From Hemiscyllium ocellatum (Eukaryota): a DNA stretch of 64,000 bases. Below, one piece after another: positions 34,746 to 47,732 of the stretch. The stretch is taken from the NCBI RefSeq assembly GCF_020745735.1, contig NC_083408.1, positions 99,416,484-99,480,483 on the forward strand. Direction: 5' to 3'. Under the pieces are notes generated by a model. The model had not been told where the DNA came from. It saw nothing but the letters and a program-made list of their open reading frames with translations, and did not search any database. A program made the position numbers and the translations under genes. Within the stretch, counting starts at the first letter, position 1, and each line of letters begins with the position of its first letter.

Positions 34746-35848
34746 AGCAAATAATCTACTCAAATAAAGTTACATATATAAAACATTTGCCAAAATGTTA
34801 CAATCGCATATATAGGTTTCTCATTCTTTCAAACATTTATATTTTTCATATTAAAGGTCTAATTGAAATCCTTTTGCAAACTGTTACCAGCATTTTCTAC
34901 CTATAGTTTTAGTGTTTTGATTGCAAAAATTTCCAACAGTAATTTATACAGCATATTGTAAGAGAGATATTGTAACAATGATGATCTGCCTGATTACTGG
35001 CTGCTCAAGACATTTAACTTTTATCAGAATGCAAGAGGAATGTTCTCATCAGTAATTATGTTTTCCAGTCCACTTGAATGTTCAAAGTTCCATACATTGT
35101 TCTAAGTACCAGTGAAAGTCCTGTGTACTTTCAGTCAACAGATAAACAAAAGATAAAACAGGAAAGATATATGCTTCAATATGGATCAACTCCAGAGTGT
35201 AAGTAAACCTTACACAACATCGACAGCAAAATCAGCCTTTCCTTTGTAAACAGAAATATGACAGAAGAGATATCACGTGTTAATGTCACAGAATCAAAAT
35301 GATATACACAGCATGGAAACAGTCACTCACCCATGCTGACCTAAACTGATCTTGTCTCATTTGCTAGCAGGTGGCCCGTATCCCTCTGAACCCTTTCTTT
35401 CCATATACCCATCCACATACCCTTTAAAATGTTGCAATTGTACCAGCCTCCACCACTTCCTCTGGCAGCTCATTCCATGCATGCACCACCCTCTGCGTGA
35501 AAACATTTTCGCCTTAGGTCCTTTTAAGTCTTTCCTCTCTCATCTAAAAACTATGCCCTCCAGTTTTTGATTCCCTCACCACACAGAAAATACCTTGTCT
35601 ATTTACCCTATCCATGCCCCTCATGAATTTATAAATTTCTAAGGTTTCTATAAACTTCTCAGCCTCCAATGCTCCAGGGAAAACAGCCCCAGCCTATTCA
35701 GCTTCTCCCTATAGCTCAAACTCTCCAATCCTGACAACATCCTTGTAAAACTTTTATAAACCTTTCAAGTTTCACAATGCTTTTCCTTTGGCAGGGAGAC
35801 CAGATTTGAACACAATATTCCAAAAGTGGCCTGACTGATGTCCTGTAT

Positions 35849-36069
35849 CGCTGAAAATGTGTTGCTGGAAAAGCACAGCAGGTCAGGCAGCATCCAAGGA
35901 ACAGGAAATTCGACGTTTCGGGCATAAGCCCTTCTTCAGGAAGAAGGGCTTATGCCCGAAACGTCGAATTTCCTGTTCCTTGGATGCTGCCTGACCTGCT
36001 GCGCTTTTCCAGCAACACATTTTCAGCTCTGATCTCCAGCATCTGCAGACCTCACTTTCTCCTCGAAGA
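35849..36069. mobile_element. Short near-perfect fold-back Penelope-derived element
   Basis: Arms ~35850-35936 and ~35940-36028; unpaired tail to 36069; TSD TGATGTCCTGTAT (35836-35848, 36070-36082). Confidence 0.88.
35909..35942 (-). ncRNA. Minimal hammerhead ribozyme motif
   Basis: Minus strand ttc-CTGAAGA-a-GGGC ttat GCCC-GAAA-CGTC-gaa. Confidence 0.75.
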
Positions 36070-38829
36070 TGATGTCCTGTATAGCCCTGTCATGATCTCC
36101 CAACTCCCACACTCAATGTACTGACCAATAAAAGCAAAAGCACTAAACCCTGTCTACCTGGGATTCCACTTTCAAGGAACTGAGAGTCTGCATCCAAGAT
36201 CTTTCTATTTAACAACCACTCTCCATGGCCTTACAATTGAGTGCATAATTCCTGCCCTGATTTGGCTTTCCAAAATGCAGCACCTCACATTTTCCTGAAT
36301 TAAACTCCATCTGACACACCTCGGCCCGTGGCCCATCTGATCAAGAGTCTGTTCTACTCTGAGGTAACCTTCTTTGCTGTCTTCCACACCATGAATTTTG
36401 GTGTCATCTGCAAACATACTAACCATATCTCCTATACTCACATCCAAATCATTTAGACAAATGACAAAAAAGGGTATGATTTTAAATATTCTCTCTCCAC
36501 TATTGTAATCATAACTTTTTAAGTGTCAACATAAAAGTCTTTCACGTTCTTTCCTCTCTTTATTTAATAGGTTGCGAAACCAGCCATAGTGAAGCTAGCT
36601 AAGCAAGCCTAAAAAAGTGTTACTATTCAATTGAGAGCAAAATTCAAAATGAGAACTGGGCCTCTAGCCAACTCTTCTCAATAGACAAAAGTAATTGTAA
36701 GACAATAGAGAGTTGAGGGATCACTTTCCATGCATGTTCAGCTCAGTCAATCCTCCAAAAGTAGCAGATACACTGCACACAAGTTTCTTGTTTCATTGCA
36801 TAAATCCTGGCATCAAGCCAGCAAGTATAGTAGAGTGGCATAAAACAGAACTTCACAGAGAGCTGAAACATAGTTAAAAATTGCCCATTAGCTTTCACAA
36901 TAACCACTTGATTTGTCAAGCTGTACAAGTCACTCCTACTTAGCTTACAAAAATTAAATTAGCCCAACTTCAAACATTTCCCAACATAAAATGAGACTTT
37001 TTTCAATTCCAATGATATTTTCTATGGTTTAAATGACGAATGAGGCGAGGATCAATTACGTAGTAATTTACGTAGATCACAGTCATATGGTGTACCGATA
37101 CATAGAAACAAAATTGAGGCGTTTTATTAGGAGATAGTCATAGGCCAAAAGTAAAAATGGAACTGATCATCTTACACTTAACTTGCTGTGATATAAATAA
37201 TTCAGACTCCATTAGAGACTCCCATTTTTACACATCCCCATCACACTGGCCAAACCAGTACTAGGAGAATCTCGAGGTTTATTTTTAAAGATTAGTACTG
37301 AATTTAAGGCAGAAAATACATTGTTTCAACCAGGTAAATGCAGATTAGATTATTTCTCAGAATTTTTCTATCCGTTGTCTTTGAAGGTGTTTTATTCCTT
37401 CTTCAACAGTGTATTTATAGAAAAATGTGTACACCATCCCAGAAAAATGAAACATTGGGCAAAGAGATTGCTGAAGTTTTAAAAGCATGTTTACTACACA
37501 TTGTGCAAGGTCCTCAGCTTAAAAGATTTTTTTAGTCCATAGTCCAGAAAATTTTAAAAAGTGCAGTACTTGGATTTCACACTCACAATCCAAAGGTTCT
37601 AAAAACTTTTAGCTGCAAGTGCCTACATCTTTGTGCCTTTACAAACACACAACCCTCCCAACTATCTTTCTTTTAAGGTAATTGCGTGTGTTGTCAATGT
37701 GATAGATGGCACACTTTCTGGGTTTAACAGACTACACTCAGTCATTCAAGGAAATCTTGGAATTAGTTGTTCCTTGCTTTTGATCTGGTTAACTAAATTC
37801 AATTGAAGTGTGATGGCCACATTTCAAGTAAAAATTTATTTTGACCGATATAGGGGTAATTTAAAAATACAGGTGAGCTAATCATTCTGTTCACCTCCTC
37901 ATAACACCTTGCTAGATTATAGTTTATCTTCTGGATAGGGAGGAGGAAAAGCAATGGCAAAAAAGTTCAACAAAATCAAAAACAGCTAGAACTTCCAAAT
38001 AAATCATTTCAACATCAATCAGTGTGTCTGGGTTGAATTCAGAAACAATGAAAGCTTTTCTCTGCAGAAGCATCACTGTAAATACATTGTAAACTCCTGT
38101 CCCAAGTTCAGATCGACAAAGTTACTGAAGGGAAAAACAAACCATGCAGAAATATGTACAATTAATAAACAGTAACAGAACTAATAGGTTACATTAAGCA
38201 AGAGAGAAATCTGATGCCAACATGGATTGCCAGGCACGGTTTCCATTCTCCACAAATCTTTTAAAGTTTAGTGACTACAGCTTGAAAACTTAAAATAGAG
38301 CAATAAACAAATTGCAAAATGTAAGCACTTATACAGGTTCCAAATGAGTATTTATTCATATTCAATATACAAATATAAACCTCAAGGCATGAAATCAGTT
38401 TTGAAAATTTTGCCTTAAAAAAACTGGCAAAATGAAATAACAGAACTTGAATGCAATAACAAGACTTGATATTCTACCTTAAAATTCTCAGGGATACTTT
38501 GCTCCTTTAAGCAAAGGTAACTCTAGACCCTGGCTTACCTCCTTTTCAGTGTTCCCAGATAGTGACCAGACTTTTGCTGAAAACTATGCATGTTCCCTGT
38601 ATTTTCTTGAAGATTTTCCTGCAGAGGTGTGTACAAACACACCAAGAAAAAAAAGTATGGAAATAATGAACGGTTAAGATATCCAGGATCTAACGTATTT
38701 CTGTTCCATATATAATTCTAGTCCCCTTTAAAGGAATACCATCTTCAAAAAAAAATGTTTAGCAAGCATGTTTGGAAATTGAAACATGCCAGAAGAACCA
38801 GTGGGTCATGTCATTATAAGGATGTAAAT

Positions 38830-39030
38830 ACAGGTGGTTCTTCTATAACGCCGTAGTTGTGTTCCAGCAAAACCTCGCTTAATATAAATAATGGGACTTA
38901 TGGAAAAAGTGGGGCTGGGGCAAACCAGATTGCGCTGCCAGAATGCGCGTTATCCAACAACTATCTATAGTTTGGACCTGCATTATTGGCTGCATGAACA
39001 AAATGTTTGCCCAACGCTTTTTAAAACGGA
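38830..39030. mobile_element. Possible Tc1/mariner (Tigger-like) terminal fragment
   Basis: TA followed by CAGGTGGTTCTTCTATAACG resembles pogo/Tigger ends; the partner TIR was not found. Confidence 0.3.
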
Positions 39031-39857
39031 GACTTACGCCCTATTGGAGATTCCTATTCAAATACCCATGCCTCATTTCTTTTCTCTACAAACATGGACT
39101 TTCAGATCAGAAAAGTTCCAGAGTTAGTATTTCAAAAGAACAGCATCTTTAGCTGCTTTATAAAAAAAAAATTGTATGTTACTTCTCTGGTTTTCTCATC
39201 CTCTTAGTAGCTCCATACACACTGTCGTGCTCATAAAACGTCCATTCAGTCACTATTACTTTGCCCTGCATTAGCTGACCAAAATGGACATCAGCTCTTA
39301 CACAGATTCTTGCTCAAATGTTCCAGTTAACTTCTTTAAAAATTTCAAAACATCATTCTTAGTCTGAGTTCTAAAGAGAAGTCATATTGGGCTCAAACCA
39401 TTAACAATGTTTCTCTCTTTACAAATGCTGGCAGATCAGTGTTTTTCCAGCAATTTTTATTTACCTTACTCTCCTTGTATCCAAAACAATTTTAAGATCA
39501 CAATTTTTCATCAAATCAAATGTTATTGCAAAAGAATCTTGGTAAAGCAGACAAGAATAAAACTCTTGATTGTGGGGAGGAAGGTACTATTTCCCTGTTT
39601 GTATCCATTTACTTGGTTTAGGTTTAACATGGGAAGTACACACATATTCTTTCAATGAAACACACACAGTACAGTTTGTAAACTGTAATGCAAGGAGTCA
39701 AAATCAAATCTGGTTGAGCAGAACCTAACAACAATTAATTATTGGGAAGAACAAAGCCATTGTCATCAGTCCATGTCACAAAACCCAAACCCATGCAATT
39801 GACACCATGACACCTCTCTCCATGACAACTCCGTGTCAAGAGAGATAGTTCACAATC

Positions 39858-40210
39858 GTAGAATCATCACTGTGTGGTAACAGGCCATTCGGCCCATCAA
39901 CTCCACACCGACCGGCTGAGGAGCAGCCCACCCGGACCTACTCCCCTATCCTATCCTTGTAACTCTGCATTTCCCATGGCTAATCCATCTAGTCTGCACA
40001 TTCTTGGACACTATGGTAAATTTAACATGATCAATCCACCTAACCTGCAAGTCTTTGGATTGCGGGAGGAAACCGGAGCACCCGGAGGAAACCCACAGAC
40101 TCGCTGAGAATGTGCAAAGTCCACACAGGCAGTCGTCAGAGGGTGGAATCAAACCGGGGTCCTTGGAACTATGAGGCAGCAATGTTTACCACTGAGCCAC
40201 CATGCTGCCA
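39858..40210 (-). mobile_element. HE1-related SINE (longer, diverged subfamily)
   Basis: tRNA-like head, GGAGGAAACCGGAGCACCCGGAGGAAACCCAC core, duplicated central segment. Confidence 0.8.
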
Positions 40211-42057
40211 GGCACAGTGTCATACTTGTCCAAGATGAATTCCTCATCACAAACACACACAATCATCAAAACAGTGTATTCCCTGTAACATTAAAAGATT
40301 CTGTCCTTGCCTCAGCTCTTTGACTGTGGAAATCCTCATCCATAAAACTACAAGACACAGGAGCAAAAGTGGATCACACAGCCCACTGAGTCTGCTCCAT
40401 CATTCACTAAGGTCAGGGCTGATCTGATATTCTTCACCTCCATTTTCATGCTTTATTCCCATGATCCTAGATTCCCTCACTGACTAAATATTTGTCTCAG
40501 AATTGAATATACTTAACAACCCACCCTCAACAGCTCTCTGTGGTAATGAATTCCACAGATTGACCATCCGCAGAAATAAATTCCTCCTCATTTTTGTGTG
40601 AACTGGGTGATCCATTTACTCTAACTTTATGACCTCTGTTCCTAGACTCTCCCACAATGGGAAACAACTACTCAGCATCTGTCTTATTATTCCCACTAAG
40701 AGTCCAACAAGATCTTCTCTCACCAAAACTCCAATGACTACAGGTTCAACCTACTCAACATCTATTCATAAGAAAACCCCTCCATAACCTAGATAAATCT
40801 GGTGAACCTACTCTGGTTGCCTCTAATGCAAATAGATCTTTCCTTAGACTAAGCAAAACTGTTCGTAGTATTCCTGGCATGGTCTGACTACTGCCGTGTA
40901 CAGTTTTTGCAAACTCTGTGTTATCCTCACATTGTGATTTCCCACCTATGTCATCTGCTAACCTTGGCTATAATATTCATTTCCCTCATCCAAGTCATTA
41001 ACACAGAGTCATAGAGAGGTATAGGACTGAAACAGAACCTTCGGTTCAACTTGTTCATGCTGACCAGATATCCCAACCCAATCCAGTCCCACTTGCCAGC
41101 ACCCGGCCCATATCCCTCCAAACCTTTCCTATTCATATACCCATTCAGATGATTTTTAAATGTTGCAATTGCACCAGCCTCTACCACTTCCTCTGGCAGC
41201 TCATTCCAGATAGGTACCACCTCTTTGATCTCATTTACATCTTTCTCCTCTCACTCGAAACCTATGCTTCCTCTAGTTTTGGGCTCCCCAACCCCAGGGA
41301 AAAGATTTTGTCTATTTATCCTATCCATGCTCCTCATGATTTTATAAACTTCTAAGGTCACCCCTCAGCCTCCGACGCTCCAGGGAAAACAGCTCCAGCC
41401 TGTTCAGCCTCTCCCTATAGCTCAAATCATCCAATCCTGGCAACGTCCTTGTGACTCTTTTCTAAACCCTTTCACACTTCACAACATCTTTCCAATAGGA
41501 AGGAAACCAGAATTGCATGCAATATTCCAACAGTGGCCTAACCAATGTCCTGTGCCACAACATGACCTCCCAACCCCTGTACTCAATAATCTGACCAAAA
41601 AAGGAAACCACACCAAATGCTTTCTTTTTTATCCTATCTCCCTGCAACTCCACTTTCAAGGCGCTATGAACCTGCACTCCAAGGTCTCTTTGTTCAGCAA
41701 CACTCCCTAGGACCTTACCATTAAGTGTCTAAGTCCTGCTAAGATTTGCTTTCCCAAAACGCAGCACCTTGCATTTATCTGAATTAAACTCCTCTGCCAC
41801 TCCTCAGCCCATTGACCCATCTGATCAAGATCCCGTTGTAATCTGAGGTAACCTTTTTCGCTGTCCACCTCCAATTTTGGTGTCATCTACAAACTTACTA
41901 ACTATATCTCTTATGCTCACATCCAAATCATCTATATAAATGATGAAAAGTAATGGACCCAGCATCGATCTTTATGGCACTTCACTGCCACAGGTGAATT
42001 GTGGCCCAAGCACCAGTCCCTGTGGAACCCCATTACAGATTGACATCCTTCTACCAA

Positions 42058-42326
42058 TTTGTGTTACAGACGTTTTGTCCCCTGTCTAGGTGACATCCTG
42101 TGGTTGGGGGCCTCCTATGAAGTGCTTCTGTGATGTTTCCTCCGGCAGATACAAATTACTATAAATGCTGGAGGAAACATCACAGAAGCGCTTCACAGGA
42201 GGCTCCCAAGCACTGAGGATGTCACCTAGACAGGGGACGAAACGTCTGCAACACAAATTCTTAGCTCGGCGAACAGAACCACAACAATGAGCACCTGAGC
42301 TACAAATCTTCTCCCAAACTTTGTAC
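42058..42326. mobile_element. Second family of fold-back Penelope-derived element
   Basis: Inverted arms ~42056-42140 and ~42159-42259; unpaired tail to 42326; TSD CCTTCTACCAA (42047-42057, 42327-42337). Confidence 0.8.
42210..42249 (+). ncRNA. Minimal hammerhead ribozyme motif (family 2)
   Basis: gca-CTGAGGA-t-GTCACCT agac AGGGGAC-GAAA-CGTC-tgc: different stems, same core. Confidence 0.75.
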
Positions 42327-45300
42327 CCTTCTACCAACTCTTCATCTCCTAGCCAATCTTTTATTTGTATAAATGTACTACCTCTAACATTATGGGTTCT
42401 TATCAAGTAGCCTTATGTGCAGTACATTATTGAACACATTTTGGACATTCAAGTCCATTATTCCGACTGGTTCCCCTTATTCTATTTGTTATCTTCTCAA
42501 AAAATTCTAATAAATTTATCCAGCATGATTTCCCCTTCATTTGATAGACTTCTCTGAATAATAGATTCTGAAATATTCCCAATGATATTATGCGAACTGG
42601 TCTCTAAATATCTAGTTTTCCTCCTTCCCTTTCTGAATAAGAGTGTTACATGGGATTTTTCTGATCTTCTTGGCTTTTCCAGAATCTAAGGATTTCTGCA
42701 CAATTAATACCATTATCTTTGTAGCTACTTACTGTAATATCCTATGGTACAATCTTTCAGGTCCAAAAGGCCTATCAGATGTTAGCCCCATTAATTTCCT
42801 TAATACTTCTCTGGTGTTAGTTACTGAACTTATTACAGCTCCCCATTTTGTCCTTGATAATTTAATGTTTTTGGAAGTTATTAGTGTCCTCTATCATAAA
42901 TCCTTTACAGTTACCCTGAAGTTTAACACAATTATTTCCAACCCAAATTTCTTCCTCTTAAACTGAATGCTAAATTCCACCATGTTATGGTTACTGTTTC
43001 ATAAGGGACCTTGTAACTCAGATCATTTATTAAGCCTGCCTTATTCCAAATTGCCAGATCCAAGGTAGGCAAATCATTAATTGGATAAACAACACACTGG
43101 TTTAGGAAACTGTCCCAAGTACACTTCAAATTCTTCCTCATTATCTCCTGATTTATTCTCTGTTCTACCATGTAGCTGTTATTAGGGGGTTTAATAGTGT
43201 ACTCCAAACATTGTCTTCTTCCTCTTGTTATTTCTTCCCTCCACTCATACATAGAACATGTAACAATACAGCACAGAACAAGTCCTTCGGCCCTCATTGT
43301 TGCACCAAATTGTGAACTATTTTCAGCTCAACCCCCTACACGATCCCATCATCATCATCCATGTGTTTATCCAAGGATTGTTTAAATTTCTCTAAATGTG
43401 GCTGAGTTAACTACGTTGGCAGGTAGGGCATTCCACGCCCTTACCACTCTGTGTAAAGAACCTGCGTCTGACATCTGCCTTAAATCTATCACCCCTCAAT
43501 TTGTAGTTATGCCCCCTCACACAAGCCGACGTCATCATCCTAGGAAAAAGACTTTCATTATCAACCCTATCTAATCCTCCGATCATCTTGTATGTCTCTA
43601 TCAAATCCCTTCTCAGCCTTCTTCCTTTCAATGAGAACAGACCCAAGTCTCAGACTTTCCTCATAAGACCTTTCCTCCAGACCAGGCAACATCCTAGTAA
43701 ATCTCCTCTGCACCTTTTCCAATGCTTCCCGAAATATGATGACCAGACTATACACAATGTTCCAAGTGCGGCCACACTAGCATTTCGTATAGTTGCAGCA
43801 TGATATTGCGGCTCTGGAACTCATTCCCTCTACCAATGAATCCGAACATACCGCATGCCTTCTTAACAGCACTATCAACCTGGGTGATAACTTTCAGGGA
43901 TCTATGTACATGGACTCCAAGATCCCTCTGCACAACCATATTACCAAGAATGTTTCCATAGACCTGATACTCTGCCTTCCTGTTATTCTTCCCAAAGTGA
44001 ATCATCTCACATTTGGCTGCATTGAACTCCATTTGCCACCTCTCAGCCCAATTCTGCAGTTTATCCAAGTCCCCCTGCAACCTGTAACATTTTTCCAAAC
44101 TGTCCACTATTCCAACGACTTTAGTGTCATACAGATTCTAAATTTTCCAATCCAAGAGCATTTCTTGCAATTGTCCTTATTCCATCCAGTATTAACAAAG
44201 CTACCCCACAACTCTTTTCCTCCTGCCTGCCCTTTTGAAAAGTCATATAACGCCTGAATATTTCGTTCCCAGCTTTGAAATCCTTGTAACCATGTCTATA
44301 ACATCATACTCATTAGCCATTTTTTTCTGCTCTTAATTCCTTTATTTTAAGTAAAGAACCATGAATTTTGCCTTTTTGTCATTGTTTCCCCACAGTATTT
44401 GCTGCTTGGTTTATGTTGGCATGGTCTGTTCCTTGTGTCACATTCTGGGTATTATTAATCCAAATGGCTTCCCTGCAATATGCCGCTGCTTTTGCCTTGT
44501 AAGCCTAAATATCTGTTCCCCAAGATTTTTGCCCCATTACCTTAATTTGCTGTCTACGGTCCTACTAATTCAATTCATCAGGACCCTCATCCCTTTGTGG
44601 TTCAAGTGAACCCTATTCCACTAGAATAGCTTCCTCCTAACTCAGTAGCCAATCAACTGAGATCCATTTCTCCTACATCAATCTTTGAGCCGTGCTTTTA
44701 ACTCCTTGACTTTATTATGTCAGTTTGCCAATAGCTCAGGTAGAAAGCCTGAGTGTATTTCTTTTTATCTTCGAGACTTTGCTTCTTTCAGCAGAAACGC
44801 TTTGCCAGACCTATGGCAATGTCACTGATATCACCGTGGATGACGATGTCAACTGGATCCCTCACTTCCCACTCCAAGTTCCTCTGTAATCCTGAGATGT
44901 CCTTAAAACTGGAACCATGCAGGCAACGTAGCTTTTGGGACTATCACTCACATCTGCCGAGAAGAGCATCTAACCCCCTTGTTCTACCGTCCCTATCATG
45001 ATCATATCCCTATTGCCCTCTCCCAACAACTTGAATGCTTCCCCTGTATCGTGGTACTATGCTCAGTTCAGGAATGCTTCCTGTACTCCACACTCTCATT
45101 CGTACATTTAATAAGAATTTTGTAACTGCTAGACAAATGCAGGAACTAAGACTACCAAAATTACCCCTTCAGTCCCATATCTGCCTCGCCTGTAGTCACG
45201 TGCTCCTGTGCCTCATCACTCCAAATCTGAATTACAAGATCTGATGGGTGTGGCAGACTCTTGGACCCAAGTATACAAGTAACTTTCCTGTTTTCTGATG

Positions 45301-45464
45301 TGGTGCAAAGTCTGCAGCTCTGCCTCTAGGACCTCAACCCAGATCCAAAGATGCCCGAGTTGCAAACATCTGCTGCAAATATGTTCTCACTGGATCACTT
45401 TTGTATCCACCAGCAACTCTTGTACGAGGGCACAACCTATTATTACTATTATATTTTATTTAAC

Positions 45465-46786
45465 ATGTAAGAGACAGAGGGTGGTGGTTGTGGAAAGTTG
45501 CTATTCAGATTAGCGACCTGTGACCAATGGGGTGCCACAAGGATCGGTGCTGGGTCCACCACTTTTCATCTTCCATATAAATGATCTGGATGTGAATATG
45601 GGAGATGTGGCTAATAAGTTTGCAGGTGACACCAAAATTGGTGGTGTAGTGGCCATCAAAGAAGGTTACCTCAGAATATGGGCGGCACGGTGGCTCAGTG
45701 GTTAGCACTGCTGTCTCACAGCGCCAGAGACCCGGGTTCAATTCCCGCCTCAGGTGACTGACGTTCTCCCCGTGTCTGCGTGGGTTTCCTCCGGGTGCTC
45801 CGGTTTCCTCCCACAGTCCAAAGATGTGCGGGTCAAGTGAATTGACCATGCTAAATTGCCCGTAGTGTTAGGTAAGGGGTAAATGTAGGGGTATGGGTGG
45901 GTTGCGCTTCGGCGGGTCAGTGTGGACTTGTTGGGCCGAAGGGCCTGTTTCCACACTGTAAGTAATCTAATCTAAACTACAGAACCTCGATCTGGTGGGA
46001 AAATGGGCTGAGGAATGGCAGATGAAGTTTAATTTAGATAAACGTATGGCGCTGCAGTTGGAAAGGCAAATCAGGACTGGACTTATGTACTTAATGGTAA
46101 GGTCCTAAGGAGTTTTGCTCAACAAAGAGACCTTGTAGTACAGGTTCATAGTTCCTTGAAAGTCACAGGTCGATAGGACAGTGAGAAAGGTGTTTGGTAT
46201 GCCAGTCTTTACTGGTCAGTGCATTGAGTATAGGGGTTGGGAGGTCATGTTGTGGCTGTATGGGAAGTTGGTTAGGCCATTTTTGGAATACCGTGTTCAG
46301 TTCTAGTCTCCCTGCTGTAGGAAGGATATTGTAAAACTTGAAAGGATTCAGAAAAGATTCACAAGGGCTGGAGGGTTTGAGCTATAGGGAGAGGCTGAAT
46401 AGGTCAGGGCTATTTTCCCTGGAGTGTCAGAGGTTGGAGGGTAACTTTATAGAGGTTTATAACGAGGGGCATGGATGGGGTGAATTGACAAGATCTTTTC
46501 CCTGGAGTAGAGGGAGTCCAGAACTTGAAAGCATAGGTTTAAGGTGAGAGAGGAAAGATTTAAAAGGAACCTATAGGGCAATATTTTCACACAGAGGGTG
46601 GTACGTGTATGGAATGAGCTGCCAGAGGAAGTGGTGGAGACTGGAACAACTACAACATATAAAAGGCATTTGGTGGGATAGGGTTGAGAGGGATATGGAC
46701 TAAATGGGACTAGATTAACTATCTGGCCGCATGGACAAGTTGGACTGAAGGGTCTGTTTCCATGCTGTACAGCTCTATGACTCTAT
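45465..46786 (+). mobile_element. CR1 3' fragment with nested SINE
   Basis: [15 protein letters not shown]...[10 protein letters not shown]; CTCTATGACTCTAT tail. Confidence 0.88.
45680..45975 (+). mobile_element. HE1-like SINE, young copy
   Basis: GGGCGGCACGGTGGCTCAGTGG A-box, GGTTCAATTCC B-box, retained CpGs, (AATCT)n tail. Confidence 0.9.
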
Positions 46787-47405
46787 TTGAACTAGCCACA
46801 CCAGTCTCCCAGCTCTTTATCCTTTATTGTCATTTTTAATGCCATTATATTATACCTAACAAGCTTGAGAGACATAAACATAAACCTTACTTTTACTTTA
46901 AAGATAAGATATACTCACCATTCCTACTCACCAAACAGCTGCTTTTTCTGGGAAATGAATGTTGAGCAATTTGGCAGAACTTAGAAATGAAAATGTACAG
47001 TTCAGAGATGCAACAGATAAAGGTGAAATAAATAAAATTGAGAATGAGAAGAAAAAGACTTTTAAGAAAGGTGAGGGATCAGGGTGAATAGTGTATGAAA
47101 ACTACAGTATTGTCTGACAGTCCTGTCAACAACGAAACGCAGTGTCTTGAATGCACTCTTTTGCAAGGTCTTCTCTTCCTGCTACTTTCAATAGACATAT
47201 AAAATTTAAGCTTAGCTATCTTCTAGTCATTAATTTTCTCTGCACACAACCTTCCCTTCCCACTGTTTTAAACACCAATGAAATCCTGCACTATGGGCCT
47301 GACATTTGTGGGAAAAATTATCATGCTTACTCAATACAACAGCCAAATCTCAGTCCCATTGTAATGCCAAAGCAAATCTCCTAAAGATGCCAGAAGCACA
47401 CCAGA

Positions 47406-47732
47406 TGGCAGCACAGTGGCTCACTGGTTAGCACTGCTGCCTCACACCACCAGGAAACGAGGTTCAATTCAACTCCAGCCTTGGGTGACTGCCTGTGTGG
47501 AGTCTGCATGTGTTTCCGTCAGGTGCATCGGTTTACTTTCACAGTCCAAATACATGTGGATTGGCTGTGCGAAATTGCCCACTGTGTCCAGAGATGTGGA
47601 GGTAAGGTGGCTTAGCCATTGTAATGTGCCTGAGCCATGGGGGAGGATCTGCATTGGACTATCTTTGGCAGATCAGGTCGAGTCGATGCAGACTCAGTGG
47701 GCTTCTTTCCACACTGCAGAGATTCTATGATT
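47406..47732 (+). mobile_element. Diverged HE1-related SINE
   Basis: tRNA-like head, CAGTCCAAA core, GATTCTATGATTCT tail. Confidence 0.75.

Larger units (their letters stand above)
35285..36470 (-). mobile_element. CR1 3' fragment with nested Penelope-derived palindrome
   Basis: MVSMFADDTKI and VRPLLEYCVQIWSP on the minus strand. Confidence 0.88.
40350..45430 (-). mobile_element. Nest of CR1 elements: old long copy interrupted by younger copies at ~41005-41985 and ~43250-44130
   Basis: Minus ORFs LVRPLLEYCMQFW, LQGDLDKLQNWAERWQMEFN and RGHNYKLRGDRFKADVRRRFFTQ; degraded endonuclease remnant DSFLNQCV at ~43100. Confidence 0.8.

Noticed and set aside
35849-36069. DNA-transposon MITE or pre-miRNA
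   Set aside because: Asymmetric tail, long variable TSD and close similarity to the Penelope terminus point to a retroelement origin.
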